DNA from: an uncultured Candidatus Saccharibacteria bacterium
GTDB lineage: Bacteria; Patescibacteriota; UBA1384; JACPKC01
DNA: 64,000 bases
Assembly (NCBI GenBank): GCA_964423885.1
Contig: CAYRGD010000002.1
Span: 18,128 to 82,127 of the forward strand
Direction of reading: 5' to 3'
Shown here: piece by piece, positions 37,210 through 46,679 of the stretch
Numbering within the stretch: position 1 is the first letter of the stretch
Layout of the letters: the number at the start of each line of letters is the position of its first letter
Translations under genes and position numbers: made by a program
Notes under the pieces: generated by a model
What the model was told of the DNA's origin: nothing
Databases searched by the model: none
The model's input: only the letters and a program-made list of their open reading frames with translations

Positions 37210-38313
37210 TTACACGTTGAACTTGAACTCGATCACGTCGCCGTCGCGGACGACGTACTCCTTGCCTTCTTGGCGGAGCTTGCCGGCGGTGCGGGCGCCG
37301 GCCTCGCCGTTGCCAGCCACGTAGTCGCTGAACCCGATCACCTCGGCCTTGATGAAGCCGCGCTCGAAGTCGGTGTGGATGACGCCGGCCGCTTGGGGCG
37401 CACTCGCCTGGCGGGGGATCGTCCAGGCACGGACTTCTTTGACGCCGGCGGTGAAGTACGTGTGCAGGCCGAGTAGGGCGAAGGCCTCGCGGATCAGGCG
37501 GTTGAGTCCCGGTTCAGTCAGACCCAGCTCCCCCAAAAATTCGGTTTGCTCGGCAGGGGAGAGCTCGGCGACTTCCTGCTCGATCTTGGCCGAAATCGGG
37601 ACGATCGTGGCGGTCGCGAGGTCGGGCCGGCCGGCACGCAGCGCGTCGACCCGCTCCCCTCCCCTGGCGGCGGCCGACTCGTCGACATTCAAGACAAACA
37701 TGAGCGGCTTGGCGGTTAGGAGCTGCAGGCCATGGAGGAGCGGGCGTTCGGCGTCGGCAAGGGGAAGCGAGCGCACTCCCCTGCCTTGGTCGAGTTCGGC
37801 CTTGAGGCGGGCGAGCAGGTCGCGGAGCAGCACGGCGTCCTTGTTCCCCGCTTTCACTTGGCCGTCGATCCCCTGGAGCCGTTTGTCGACCGTTGCCAAA
37901 TCCGCCAATGCCAGCTCGGTTTCGATCGTCTCGATGTCGCTTAGAGGATCGACCGCGCCGGCCACGTGGGTGACGTTCGGGTCGGTAAAGTCGCGCACGA
38001 CCATGGCGCTCGCGTCGACCTCGCGGATGTGGGCCAGGAACTTGTTGCCCAGGGCGTCGCCCTTGGAGGCGCCGCGCACCAGGCCGGCGATGTCGACGAA
38101 GGTGACGGTCGCGGGGACTACCCGTTCCGGGTGGATGATCGCTGCCAGCTGATCGAGCCGCGGATCAGGCAGGTCGACGATCCCGATATTGGGTTCGATC
38201 GTGGTGAACGGGAAGTTCGACGCCTGCGCGCTCATTTTTTTGACGAGCGCGTTGAAGAGCGTCGATTTCCCGACGTTCGGCAGGCCGACGATACCGATTT
38301 TGAGCGATGACAT
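37210..38313 (-). CDS. ychF: Ribosome-binding ATPase YchF
   Basis: GLPNVGKSTLFN, FTTIEPN, DIAGLV, AAGVIHTDFERGFI. Confidence 0.97.
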   Translation of the reverse strand: MSSLKIGIVGLPNVGKSTLFNALVKKMSAQASNFPFTTIEPNIGIVDLPDPRLDQLAAIIHPERVVPATVTFVDIAGLVRGASKGDALGNKFLAHIREVDASAMVVRDFTDPNVTHVAGAVDPLSDIETIETELALADLATVDKRLQGIDGQVKAGNKDAVLLRDLLARLKAELDQGRGVRSLPLADAERPLLHGLQLLTAKPLMFVLNVDESAAARGGERVDALRAGRPDLATATIVPISAKIEQEVAELSPAEQTEFLGELGLTEPGLNRLIREAFALLGLHTYFTAGVKEVRAWTIPRQASAPQAAGVIHTDFERGFIKAEVIGFSDYVAGNGEAGARTAGKLRQEGKEYVVRDGDVIEFKFNV

Positions 38314-38325
38314 GGCGGGAGTGTA

Positions 38326-39186
38326 TCAGGTTTGCTGCCACCGGGCGACGAGGCCGGTCGAGAGGAGGCGGCCCGAACCGGATTCCTGGAGCGCCAGCTC
38401 GCCGGCGTCGACCGTGCCGCCGAGTTGCAAGTCGCCAAGCATGTTTTCGAGCATGATCGCCGAGGCCGAGATCGCGTAGGCGTTCACGAGCAGGCAGCGC
38501 GGCCGGTCGGTCAGGATTCGGGCGCAGGCGTCTAACAGTTCCGGGAACTGCTTGGCGAAGTCCCACGGCTCGCCATTGGGGCCGTGGCCGATGACCGGCG
38601 GATCCATAAGAATGGCGTCGTACCGGCCGCCGCGCCGTTCCTCGCGTGCCACGAATTTCAGGGCGTCGTCGAGGATCCAGCGGATCGGCTTGTCAGCTAA
38701 GCCCGAGGCGGCTTGGTTGTCTCGGGCCCAACCGACCGTGGGCCGCGAAGCGTCGACGTGTGTGACTGAGGCGCCGGCCTTGGCGGCCACGAGCGAGGCG
38801 CCGCCGGTGTAGCCGAACAGGTTGAGCACCTTGGTATCGGCCGTCGCGCCGGCGAGTTGTTTAGTGAGCCACTGCCAGTTGGACCGTTGTTCGGGAAAGA
38901 TGCCGGTGTGCTTGAACGGCGTCAGTTTGGCGGCAAGGACGATGCCGTCGCTTGCGAGTGGCCAGGATTCGGGCACGGCCGTGCGCCGTTCCCACTGCCC
39001 GCGCCGGCCGTCGTCGACGAAGGTAGCGTCGGCACTATTCCAGGCATCGACGGGCCGGTGCGGCTGCCAGAGGGCCTGCGGGTCCGGCCGGTCGAGCACG
39101 AAGCGGCCGAACCGCTCTAACCGCCGGCCGAGGCCGGAGTCCAAGAGTTCGTAGTCGTCCCAGGAGTTTGCCACGATTGTCCGCAT
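38326..39186 (-). CDS. Class I SAM-dependent methyltransferase (RlmI/RlmK-related)
   Basis: YELLDSG, KHTGIFPEQ, LNLFGYTGG, VDAS, MDPP. Confidence 0.88.
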   Translation of the reverse strand: MRTIVANSWDDYELLDSGLGRRLERFGRFVLDRPDPQALWQPHRPVDAWNSADATFVDDGRRGQWERRTAVPESWPLASDGIVLAAKLTPFKHTGIFPEQRSNWQWLTKQLAGATADTKVLNLFGYTGGASLVAAKAGASVTHVDASRPTVGWARDNQAASGLADKPIRWILDDALKFVAREERRGGRYDAILMDPPVIGHGPNGEPWDFAKQFPELLDACARILTDRPRCLLVNAYAISASAIMLENMLGDLQLGGTVDAGELALQESGSGRLLSTGLVARWQQT

Positions 39187-39321
39187 ACCCCGTACTGTAC
39201 CAGGTTGTCCACATAGCTGACAGGAGTGTTACTGCCTGTTCGCCGGTTGCATATTCAGGCGGTATACCCTATAAGTAGTCGCGCAATTAATAATCATAAA
39301 CAAAGGAAGGAGGTGGCGCGC

Positions 39322-39762
39322 GTGACCGCGATGCCGGATTTGGAGTTCGTCGTTACGAACCGTGCATTCGTCGAATTGGCGGCGACGCAGGGATTCGAGA
39401 TCGACGCGGTGAAAGCGGAGCTCGCACGGGATATCGAGCGCGAGCTCGGCAAGCTGGTTGAGACCGACGCGGCCTTGATCGCCCACCACCGGCGGCATAT
39501 CACGCACCGCGTGGTAGCCGACTGGTTGGCCCACTTCTTCGACTACCGCAGCGCTGAAGAATGGCTGCGGACGTTGCCGGAGTGGACCGCGCGGGTCCGA
39601 CAAGCACTGACGGGCATATCGGCCCGAAACACACCCTGCCCGTGGAGGGTTCAAGCGAACGGAATCCTCTATTACTTCGACGGCGACAAATTGACGCATG
39701 TCGCCAAACTAAAACCGAAACCGAAGCCCAAGGCAAAACGCCGACGGGTATCTGATCACTAA
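39322..39762 (+). CDS. Hypothetical protein with basic KP-rich C-terminal tail
   Basis: AGGAGGT RBS before GTG 39322 (alternative ATG 39331); AT-rich upstream region; own terminator. Confidence 0.6.
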   Translation: MTAMPDLEFVVTNRAFVELAATQGFEIDAVKAELARDIERELGKLVETDAALIAHHRRHITHRVVADWLAHFFDYRSAEEWLRTLPEWTARVRQALTGISARNTPCPWRVQANGILYYFDGDKLTHVAKLKPKPKPKAKRRRVSDH

Positions 39763-39800
39763 AAGGACAGTGTCATACAGGACACCGTCCTTTTTTCTTT
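39761..39800 (+). terminator. Intrinsic terminator
   Basis: AAAAGGACaGTGTC...GACACcGTCCTTTTTTCTTT. Confidence 0.75.
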
Positions 39801-39809
39801 GCCGAAACC

Positions 39810-41201
39810 TTAGCGGACGACGACGCCGCTGTTCCCGAACGCGCCCCAGTTGGCGCGGAGCTGGTTCGTAGTCCAAGTCAACTGTCCGGCGGCCGGGTCG
39901 TTGATGATGAAGCTGGTCGGATTCTCTTCCGATCCGGTAAAGCCGATCACGAGCCGGGTGTGCTCGCCGACCCACGCGTCGATCGTCGCGCCGTCGGGCG
40001 TCTGCCAGGTATCGCGCCGGGCACGGCCGATCGTGCCCCAGATCTCGACCGGGTTGCCGACGGCCAGTTCGTGCGCCAGATCGGCGACAGACCAGCCGCT
40101 GAAGGCTTCTGCTGGGCGGTAGCTACTTGCCACGCGGGCGATCGGCCTCCAGTGGACGCCGTAGCCGGTGCTATTTTGGCGTCCCATGATGTCACCCACG
40201 AACGCGGCGTTCGGGTCGCCCCAGACGCCGTCGGCGCGGACTAGCGGTTCGGCTACTCCCAGTGTGTCTATGAGCGCGTCTTCGCCGACCGCGACACCCT
40301 TGTAGACGAGCGCCATCTTGAGCGCTGCGACCTCGCAGCTCAACGGCTTGTCCTGGCGGTCGTTCGCGATCGCGAGCACGGTTTTGGGTTCGGGCGGCCG
40401 TGGCGCGGCCACGATTTTCTTCGGTACTGCTGTCGGTGCGGCTACCGGCGGCGGATCGGCCTTGACGGCGAACCTGATTTGGAAGCTCGTGGTAGCGGCG
40501 GTATCGGGCAGCGACGGCTCGGCCGTCAACACGTATGACAGGCCGGCCTCGAAGCAGTCGGCTGCCCGGACCGTGTACGCACTACCGTTCTCGGACAACT
40601 CGACCGCGAGCGGGCGTGCCGGTTCGGTGCTTACCGTGAACGTTCCTGCGGTGGCGACCGGCCGGTCGAGCGTCAGCGTGATCGGTTCGCACGCGGCGAC
40701 GTCCGTAGCGCCGTCGGCCAGCGAGCTCGCCGTGACCGCCGGGAACGCGCCGGTATCGAATGAGACGACCTCGTTGCTCGGGTAGAGTGAGGTAAGTGAC
40801 CGGGCATCACCTAGGCGCACCACGTAGCGGGTGTCGGGCAGGAGCGTCCCGGCGGGCGTAAAGACCATGCCGCGGTAGAGCGTGCTCCCCAGGATCGGAT
40901 CGACGTACTCCCAAGTGCCGCCGGCCGACGGAAACAGTTCCGGTCGGACCGTATCCTTGAGTACCGGCTTGGTAAAGGCGATCCGGACGGATTCCTGGAC
41001 GCCGTGCGGTTCGGCCGCGGCGAGCGGGGTGGGGGAGGGCGGGAGCAGGAGCGTGGTGGCGATGAGCGCGACGTTGACGACGAAGAGCAGCGTCCGGACC
41101 AGCCGTCGGTCGAAGGCTTGCAGCACGAGGTCGCGGTTGACCCGCCACCGTTTCGGATGTCCGTGCTTGCGCGCGTGGCGCCGTCGGTCGTGTGCGGCCA
41201 T
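39810..41201 (-). CDS. Membrane-anchored Ig-like (Big_5-type) domain protein with C-terminal C39-like peptidase
   Basis: QDKPLSCEVAALKMAL, WGDPN..FVG, EHTRLVIG, INDP; AAGGAGGGG RBS. Confidence 0.8.
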   Translation of the reverse strand: MAAHDRRRHARKHGHPKRWRVNRDLVLQAFDRRLVRTLLFVVNVALIATTLLLPPSPTPLAAAEPHGVQESVRIAFTKPVLKDTVRPELFPSAGGTWEYVDPILGSTLYRGMVFTPAGTLLPDTRYVVRLGDARSLTSLYPSNEVVSFDTGAFPAVTASSLADGATDVAACEPITLTLDRPVATAGTFTVSTEPARPLAVELSENGSAYTVRAADCFEAGLSYVLTAEPSLPDTAATTSFQIRFAVKADPPPVAAPTAVPKKIVAAPRPPEPKTVLAIANDRQDKPLSCEVAALKMALVYKGVAVGEDALIDTLGVAEPLVRADGVWGDPNAAFVGDIMGRQNSTGYGVHWRPIARVASSYRPAEAFSGWSVADLAHELAVGNPVEIWGTIGRARRDTWQTPDGATIDAWVGEHTRLVIGFTGSEENPTSFIINDPAAGQLTWTTNQLRANWGAFGNSGVVVR

Positions 41202-41260
41202 TCCCCTCCTTCGTGCCGTTCGGACGTACGTATCGCATCGTATCATGCCGGCCCGGCCAA

Positions 41261-41287
41261 GAAAAAAGGGACCCCATGCGGGGTCCG
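41261..41287 (-). terminator. Intrinsic terminator
   Basis: GGACCCC-gcat-GGGGTCC-CTTTTTTC on minus strand. Confidence 0.75.
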
Positions 41288-41389
41288 TCTGCTAGTCGGG
41301 AATGTTCATTCCCTTTCGTTTTCGTTTCGCGTTTGGCTGCGCGCCGGTGTCCGGCGCCACGCCGAAACGGCTATGGTCGTTGTCGGTCG

Positions 41390-41560
41390 TCAGGCGTTTC
41401 GCCGTTTCTTTCTTTCGTATCCGGCGGCACGACAAGCTCTCGCCTTCAAGAAGATCGGCCTGCGACGGTTGGCCGTCGGCGACCGGGGCAGGATCGGATT
41501 CGTCCACGAGGATCCGCCTCCGCGTTGCATGATTTGCGGGGCTACCGCAGCAACCGACAT
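41390..41560 (-). CDS. Putative 56-aa basic peptide downstream of xer (not in the ORF track)
   Basis: AGGAGGG RBS then MSVAAVAPQIMQRGGGSSWTNPILPRSPTANRRRPIFLKARACRAAGYERKKRRNA*. Confidence 0.35.
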   Translation of the reverse strand: MSVAAVAPQIMQRGGGSSWTNPILPRSPTANRRRPIFLKARACRAAGYERKKRRNA

Positions 41561-41577
41561 AGGATAGCCCTCCTGCG

Positions 41578-42462
41578 CTACTTCTTCAAGCGGCCGTGGA
41601 ACGCCTTGTGGACTTCTTTTAAGTGCGTGTCGGTGAGATGGGTGTAGCGCTGGGTGGTTACCACCGACGAGTGTCCGAGCAGGGATTGGACGGCGCGCAG
41701 ATCGGCGCCGGAGCGTAAAAGGTCGGTCGCGAACGAGTGGCGGAGCGTGTGCGGCGTGACGTGGTCGGCGATGCCGGCCGCTGCCGCGTAGTACTTGATG
41801 ATGCGTTGGACGCTTCGGACAGTCAGGCGATTGTCCCCTTCCCTGTCCGCTCGCTCGCGGATGAACAGCGCCGGATCCTGGTCGGCGCGACGGCGCAGGT
41901 AGGCTGTGATGGCGGCTTGGGCGGATGCCGATAGGAACACCACGCGCCGTTTCTTGCCCTTGCCGAGCACGCTCACCTCTTCCCTGCCTTCGACGTCGGT
42001 CCGGTCGAGCCGCGTCAGCTCGGCTACCCGCAGGCCGGTGGAAAAGAGCGTTTCCAGCAAGGCGCGGTCGCGGATGCCGGCCGGGGTGCCGGGGTCCGGC
42101 GCGGCCAGCAGGCGTTCGAGCGCGTCGGCATGCAGGACGCTCACCTCGGGCTCGTCGACGCCGGGAAGGTCGACCGTGTCCGACGCCAGGCTCGGGATAT
42201 TGCGCCGGGCCAGCCAGGCCAGGAACGCGCGGAGCGCGACTAAGTGGTAGTTCTGCGTCGCCTTACCGAGCGCTTCGTTCCGGTTCAAGTCGAGCCGCCA
42301 GCGGCGGACGAGCTCGCCGTCGATCCGTTCGACCGGCGTGCTGCCCGCGAAGAGCGCGAACCGTTCCAAGTAGTGCCGGTAGTTGGCGATTGTCCGTTCG
42401 GACAGCCCTTGGGCGAGCTCGCAGTCTTCCAGAAACCGTCGGACGGCGTCGGCAAGTTCCAT
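41578..42462 (-). CDS. XerC/XerD-like tyrosine recombinase
   Basis: RDRALLETLFSTGLRVAEL, GKGKKRR, HTLRHSFAT, LLGHSS..TTQRY. Confidence 0.92.
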   Translation of the reverse strand: MELADAVRRFLEDCELAQGLSERTIANYRHYLERFALFAGSTPVERIDGELVRRWRLDLNRNEALGKATQNYHLVALRAFLAWLARRNIPSLASDTVDLPGVDEPEVSVLHADALERLLAAPDPGTPAGIRDRALLETLFSTGLRVAELTRLDRTDVEGREEVSVLGKGKKRRVVFLSASAQAAITAYLRRRADQDPALFIRERADREGDNRLTVRSVQRIIKYYAAAAGIADHVTPHTLRHSFATDLLRSGADLRAVQSLLGHSSVVTTQRYTHLTDTHLKEVHKAFHGRLKK

Positions 42463-42511
42463 GCCGCCAGTATACCAGGCGCGCCGGCTGCTCCTTTGGT
42501 ATGATGCCCGC

Positions 42512-43102
42512 ATGGAATCCCTGCTTGCCCTCGATACGCGCGTCAGCCTGTGGTTCCAAGCGGCAGCGCCAACGCTGCCCGAGCTCTGGAAGCTGCTCGC
42601 GATTTTCGGCGTCTACGCGGTGCCGGCGGCGTTGCTCTGGTCGTGGTTTCGCGGCGACAAGCTCACCGCCTTCCGGGCGGGTCTCACCGGTATCGCCGCC
42701 TGGTTCCTCTTGAACGGCCTCATTAGCCGGCTGTTGCCGCGCGACCGGCCGCCGCAACTGCCGTTCCTCAACTTTCCTGCGCATGAGTTCCTGTTCGACC
42801 GGCCCGGGCCGTCATTCCCGTCCGACCACGCGGCATTCATGACCACGGTTACGCTGGTGTTCGCGTTGGCCGGCCAGCACCGGATCGCTACGTTCCTTGC
42901 CTGGGTGACGGCGGCCACGTTGCTCGCGCGGGTCGTGACCGCCCAGCACTGGGCGGGGGATATCGCCGCTGGCGTCGCTGTCGGCGCCGTCGCGGCCTGG
43001 CTGTCGAACCTCGCACGCCCGGCCGTCGACCGGTACGTAGGGCAGCCGCTCGTAGCCGTCTGGCGTCGCCTGACTGGATCCGATGTTCGGCCTGACGCTT
43101 GA
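42512..43102 (+). CDS. PAP2 family phosphatase (BcrC-like undecaprenyl-PP phosphatase)
   Basis: RDRP, SFPSDH, RVVTAQHWAGD. Confidence 0.85.
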   Translation: MESLLALDTRVSLWFQAAAPTLPELWKLLAIFGVYAVPAALLWSWFRGDKLTAFRAGLTGIAAWFLLNGLISRLLPRDRPPQLPFLNFPAHEFLFDRPGPSFPSDHAAFMTTVTLVFALAGQHRIATFLAWVTAATLLARVVTAQHWAGDIAAGVAVGAVAAWLSNLARPAVDRYVGQPLVAVWRRLTGSDVRPDA

Positions 43103-43685
43103 CGAACTCGTCCGCGCATTGGGATATGCCGGCGTCGCCGGGATCCTCTTTGCCGAGTCCGGCCTGTTCGTCGGCTTTTTCCTGCCCGGCGACAGCTTGC
43201 TCTTCGCTGCCGGGCTCGTTGCCGCCCAAGGCCATCTCAACCTCGCGGCGCTCATCGTGGTCTCGAGCGTGGCCGCTATCCTGGGCGACAGTGTCGGGTA
43301 CGCGTTCGGCCGCCGGGTCGGGACCGCCCTGCTCAAGCGTCCGGACAGCCGGCTGTTCCGCCGCGAACACCTAGTTCGCGCCTCGGCGTTTTACGAGCGC
43401 CATGGTAGCAAGACGATCGTCCTTGCCCGGTTCGTGCCGATCGTCCGCACGTTCGCCCCGATCCTTGCGGGCGTCGCCCGGATGTCCTACCCTACCTTCG
43501 TCATATACAACGTGGTCGGCGGCGTATTCTGGGCGGCCAGTCTGCCGCTGCTCGGCTACTTCCTGGGGAGCCGCATCCCCGACATCGACCGGTTCGTCCT
43601 GCCGGTGATCGGGCTGGTTATCGTTGTCTCCCTGCTCTCGCCGGCGCTCCAGTATCTTGGCCGTGCACGAAAGGATTCTCAATGA
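43083..43685 (+). CDS. DedA/VTT family membrane protein
   Basis: FAESGL..FFLPGDSLLFAAG, ARFVPIVRTF. Confidence 0.93.
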   Translation: MFGLTLDELVRALGYAGVAGILFAESGLFVGFFLPGDSLLFAAGLVAAQGHLNLAALIVVSSVAAILGDSVGYAFGRRVGTALLKRPDSRLFRREHLVRASAFYERHGSKTIVLARFVPIVRTFAPILAGVARMSYPTFVIYNVVGGVFWAASLPLLGYFLGSRIPDIDRFVLPVIGLVIVVSLLSPALQYLGRARKDSQ

Positions 43686-44959
43686 TCGACGCGACAAAAA
43701 CCGTACTCGGCAACGGCTTGCGGCTGCTCACGGTACCGCAACATGAAACCAAAGCGGTGACGCTGCTCTTTTTGGTGGGCACGGGTTCACGGTTCGAGGT
43801 GCCGGAACAGAACGGCATCTCGCACTTTCTCGAGCACATCCTGTTCAAGGGTACCGAGAAGTACCCGAGCCCGCTCCTGTTGTCCGAGGCGCTCGACGGC
43901 ATCGGCGCGAACTTCAACGCCTACACCTCGCAGGAATACACCGGGTTCTACATCCAGGCCGAGGCCAGCCACTTCCCGCTCCTTGCCGACGTGCTCCACG
44001 AGATGTTCTACCGCCCGCGGTACGCGCCCGAGGATATCGAGCGGGAAAAAGGCGTCATCGTCGAAGAGATCAACATGTACCGTGACCTGCCGCAGCGGCA
44101 CGTGGGCGACCTGCTCTTTTCGCTCATGTACGGCGCAGAGACACCGCTCGGCCGCAACATCGCCGGCACGAAAGAGACAGTGACGAGTTTCACGAGCACG
44201 ACCTTCGCCGACTACCAAGGGCAGTTTTATACGCCCGACAACATCATCGTGTCGGTGGCCGGCAATCCGGGCAGTCACGGCTGGGAACGCGAGCTGGCCG
44301 CACTCTTGGGAAACAAGACTGGAGCCAAGGCGCGCGGCTTCGAGTCGGCGGCGTACGTCCAGTCGGCGCCACGCGTGCTGACGGAGCGCCGCGAGACCGA
44401 CCAGACCCATCTGGTGCTCGGCATCCCGATGCTCAAGGAAACCGACGAACGGTTGCCGGTGCTGACTGCACTCAACACGATCCTGGGCGGTTCGATGAGC
44501 TCTCGGCTGTTTTCGGAAATCCGCGAGAAGCGGGGACTCGCCTACTACGTCCGGTCGGGCGAGGACACGTTCCACGATACCGGCCTGCTCGGTATCGCGA
44601 CCGGCGTCCGCAACGCCGAGGCGAAGGAAGCGGTATCGCTCATCCTTACCGAGGTCAAGCGCCTGAAAGACGAGCCCGTGACGGCGGCCGAGCTCGCGAA
44701 GGCGAAGGAACACTTCAAGGGCAAACTGGCGCTCGGGCTTGAGGGATCGTCGGAAGTGAGCTCGTACGTAGCGCAGCAGGAACTCTACCATGGGAAACTC
44801 ATCCAACCCGAGACGCTCGCCGAGAAGGTCGAGCAGGTGACGGCCGCCCAGATCCAGGAGCTTGCGAACGAGCACTTCCGCCCCGACCGGCTCAACCTGG
44901 CCGCGGTCGGCCCGTTCGCCGAAGGCGATTTCCTGCCGATCCTCGAACGCTGGCAGTAA
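43682..44959 (+). CDS. M16 family (pitrilysin-like) zinc peptidase
   Basis: GSRFE, HFLEH, NAYT, SSRLF.EIREKRGLAY. Confidence 0.93.
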   Translation: MIDATKTVLGNGLRLLTVPQHETKAVTLLFLVGTGSRFEVPEQNGISHFLEHILFKGTEKYPSPLLLSEALDGIGANFNAYTSQEYTGFYIQAEASHFPLLADVLHEMFYRPRYAPEDIEREKGVIVEEINMYRDLPQRHVGDLLFSLMYGAETPLGRNIAGTKETVTSFTSTTFADYQGQFYTPDNIIVSVAGNPGSHGWERELAALLGNKTGAKARGFESAAYVQSAPRVLTERRETDQTHLVLGIPMLKETDERLPVLTALNTILGGSMSSRLFSEIREKRGLAYYVRSGEDTFHDTGLLGIATGVRNAEAKEAVSLILTEVKRLKDEPVTAAELAKAKEHFKGKLALGLEGSSEVSSYVAQQELYHGKLIQPETLAEKVEQVTAAQIQELANEHFRPDRLNLAAVGPFAEGDFLPILERWQ

Positions 44960-44981
44960 CCCGACGCCGAGGAGGGCGCAC

Positions 44982-46145
44982 GTGACGGAATTCCTAGTCG
45001 GTTTGCTCGCAACGGTCATCGTGGTGGCCGGCATCCTGCCGCCCGCGAACCGGCGGGCGCTGCTCAAGGCTTGCTACATCTACGGGATCGTGATGCTGCC
45101 CGGCCGGCGGTGGCACCTGCCGGCGTTCCTGTCGTCGCGGATCGAACGGCACGAACCGGTGCTCGCCATGCCAGGCCGGACGTTGACACCCGACCTGTAC
45201 CGACCGGTTGGTCGCGCTCCGGCACGACGTCCGGCCGTGATCGTATACGCGCCGCTCGCGCCGGAAGGCAAGCGGAACAAGTACGTCGTCAACCTGCTCG
45301 AAGGTCTGGCTCGGTCCGGCCTGGTCGTGTTGGTACCGCACTGGCCAGCGCGCCCGCTGGGACTCATCGACGATGCCGACGTGCAGGAACTCGAGCAGTC
45401 GGTCGCGTTCCTGACCGAGCAGCCGTACGTCGACCCCGACCGGATCGGGATCGTGGCGGTGAGCTACGGGGCGGGCCCGGCGCTTATCGCCGCCTCACGG
45501 CCGAACATCGGGAAGCGGCTCCGCTACGTCTTGAGCTTCGGCGGCTACGTCGACCTATGGTCGGTCTTCCACTTCGCGGGGTCGGGGAAGACGCACGTCC
45601 ACGGCGCGCCGGTCGATCTGTCGCCCCACCCGTACATGCACTACGTCATCCTGCGGACCCTGTCCCGCTGGCTGCCCGACAAAAAGGACCGGGCGGCCCT
45701 GACCGCCTTTTTGCAGAACATCGGCGACGTGAACGCGCCGGTCGATCTGGCCCGGGTCCAAGCCCTGGTCAGTCCGAAGAGCCGTGAGCTCATCGAATCA
45801 ATCGAGCAGGCGAGCTCGCTTTCGACGCGCCAGCTCCGGGCCCAGTTCCCGCCCGAGGTCAGAAAGAAAGGCGATGCGCTCTCGATGCGCTCGTCGATGT
45901 TCGATCGGATCGATGCCAAAATCATGATCATCCATACCACGAACGACAATCTGGTGCCGTACGCCGAGGCGACCAAGCTTTGGCAGCACCTCCGCGCTGA
46001 GCAGCGGCTGAACTGGACGACGCTGTCGGGTTTCGACCACACGCTTCCGCCGTCGCTCACGCCTGTGAACCTCTTCACGGTCTACCTGCCGAACATGGTC
46101 CGGCTGCTCACCATGCTCTACCAGTTTTTCCTGCTGCAGGAGTAG
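44982..46145 (+). CDS. Membrane-anchored alpha/beta hydrolase
   Basis: VDPDRIGIVAVSYG nucleophile elbow; D..VP and late His; GGAGG RBS before GTG. Confidence 0.7.
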   Translation: MTEFLVGLLATVIVVAGILPPANRRALLKACYIYGIVMLPGRRWHLPAFLSSRIERHEPVLAMPGRTLTPDLYRPVGRAPARRPAVIVYAPLAPEGKRNKYVVNLLEGLARSGLVVLVPHWPARPLGLIDDADVQELEQSVAFLTEQPYVDPDRIGIVAVSYGAGPALIAASRPNIGKRLRYVLSFGGYVDLWSVFHFAGSGKTHVHGAPVDLSPHPYMHYVILRTLSRWLPDKKDRAALTAFLQNIGDVNAPVDLARVQALVSPKSRELIESIEQASSLSTRQLRAQFPPEVRKKGDALSMRSSMFDRIDAKIMIIHTTNDNLVPYAEATKLWQHLRAEQRLNWTTLSGFDHTLPPSLTPVNLFTVYLPNMVRLLTMLYQFFLLQE

Positions 46146-46200
46146 CCGGCTTCTGCAGCGGCCGTCTTTCCGGTAGGATTGCACCCGAAGGAGCCATACT

Positions 46201-46671
46201 ATGCACACAGAACAGACCTTGATGATCGTGAAACCGGACGCGGTGACGCGCGGCCTCGTCGGCGAGATCCTGCACCGGGTGGAGCGGAAAGGATTCAAGA
46301 TCGTCGGAATGAAGTTCCTGCACTTGCCGACCGACCTGCTCGAAGAGCACTACGCGCACCTCAAAGACAAGCCGTTCTTCCCCGGTATCGTCGCGTTCAT
46401 GCAGAGCGCGCCGTCGCTCGCGGTGGTGCTCGAAGGCAAGAATGTCGCGGGCGCGGTCCGGATGATGGCCGGCGTGACGAACGCGGCCGAGGCGTTGCCC
46501 GGCACGCTGCGGGGCGATTACGCCTTGTCGATCCAGCAAAACGTCGTCCACGTGAGCGAGAACGCCGAAATCGCCAAGGCGGAGGTCGAGCGGTTCTTTA
46601 AGCCGGCCGAGCTGTTCAAGTACGACCGGGCCGACGTCGCCGCGCTGTACGCCGCCGACGAACGCGGCTGA
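46201..46671 (+). CDS. ndk: Nucleoside-diphosphate kinase
   Basis: IVKPDAV, HYAHLKDKPFF, PGTLRGD, NVVH. Confidence 0.95.
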   Translation: MHTEQTLMIVKPDAVTRGLVGEILHRVERKGFKIVGMKFLHLPTDLLEEHYAHLKDKPFFPGIVAFMQSAPSLAVVLEGKNVAGAVRMMAGVTNAAEALPGTLRGDYALSIQQNVVHVSENAEIAKAEVERFFKPAELFKYDRADVAALYAADERG

Positions 46672-46679
46672 CCGCGACG

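Noticed and set aside
35348-37324. Long antisense ORFs (658 aa here; also 16689-18533, 7247-8389, 11358-12686, 43787-45067)
   Set aside because: Shadow frames opposite well-supported genes, expected in GC-rich DNA.
38000-38070. YchF deviations (GASKGDALG for GEGLG; DASAMVVRDF)
   Set aside because: Few single-base-level changes clustered in a short stretch; could be consensus error or drift and cannot be interpreted without reads.
39205-39310. Possible oriC (DnaA-box-like TTGTCCACA plus AT-rich stretch)
   Set aside because: Only one degenerate box and no dnaA/dnaN nearby; better explained as a promoter region.
41578-42462. Integron integrase or prophage integrase
   Set aside because: Host-like composition, no IntI-specific insertion recognised, no attC sites or phage genes adjacent; fits a chromosomal Xer.
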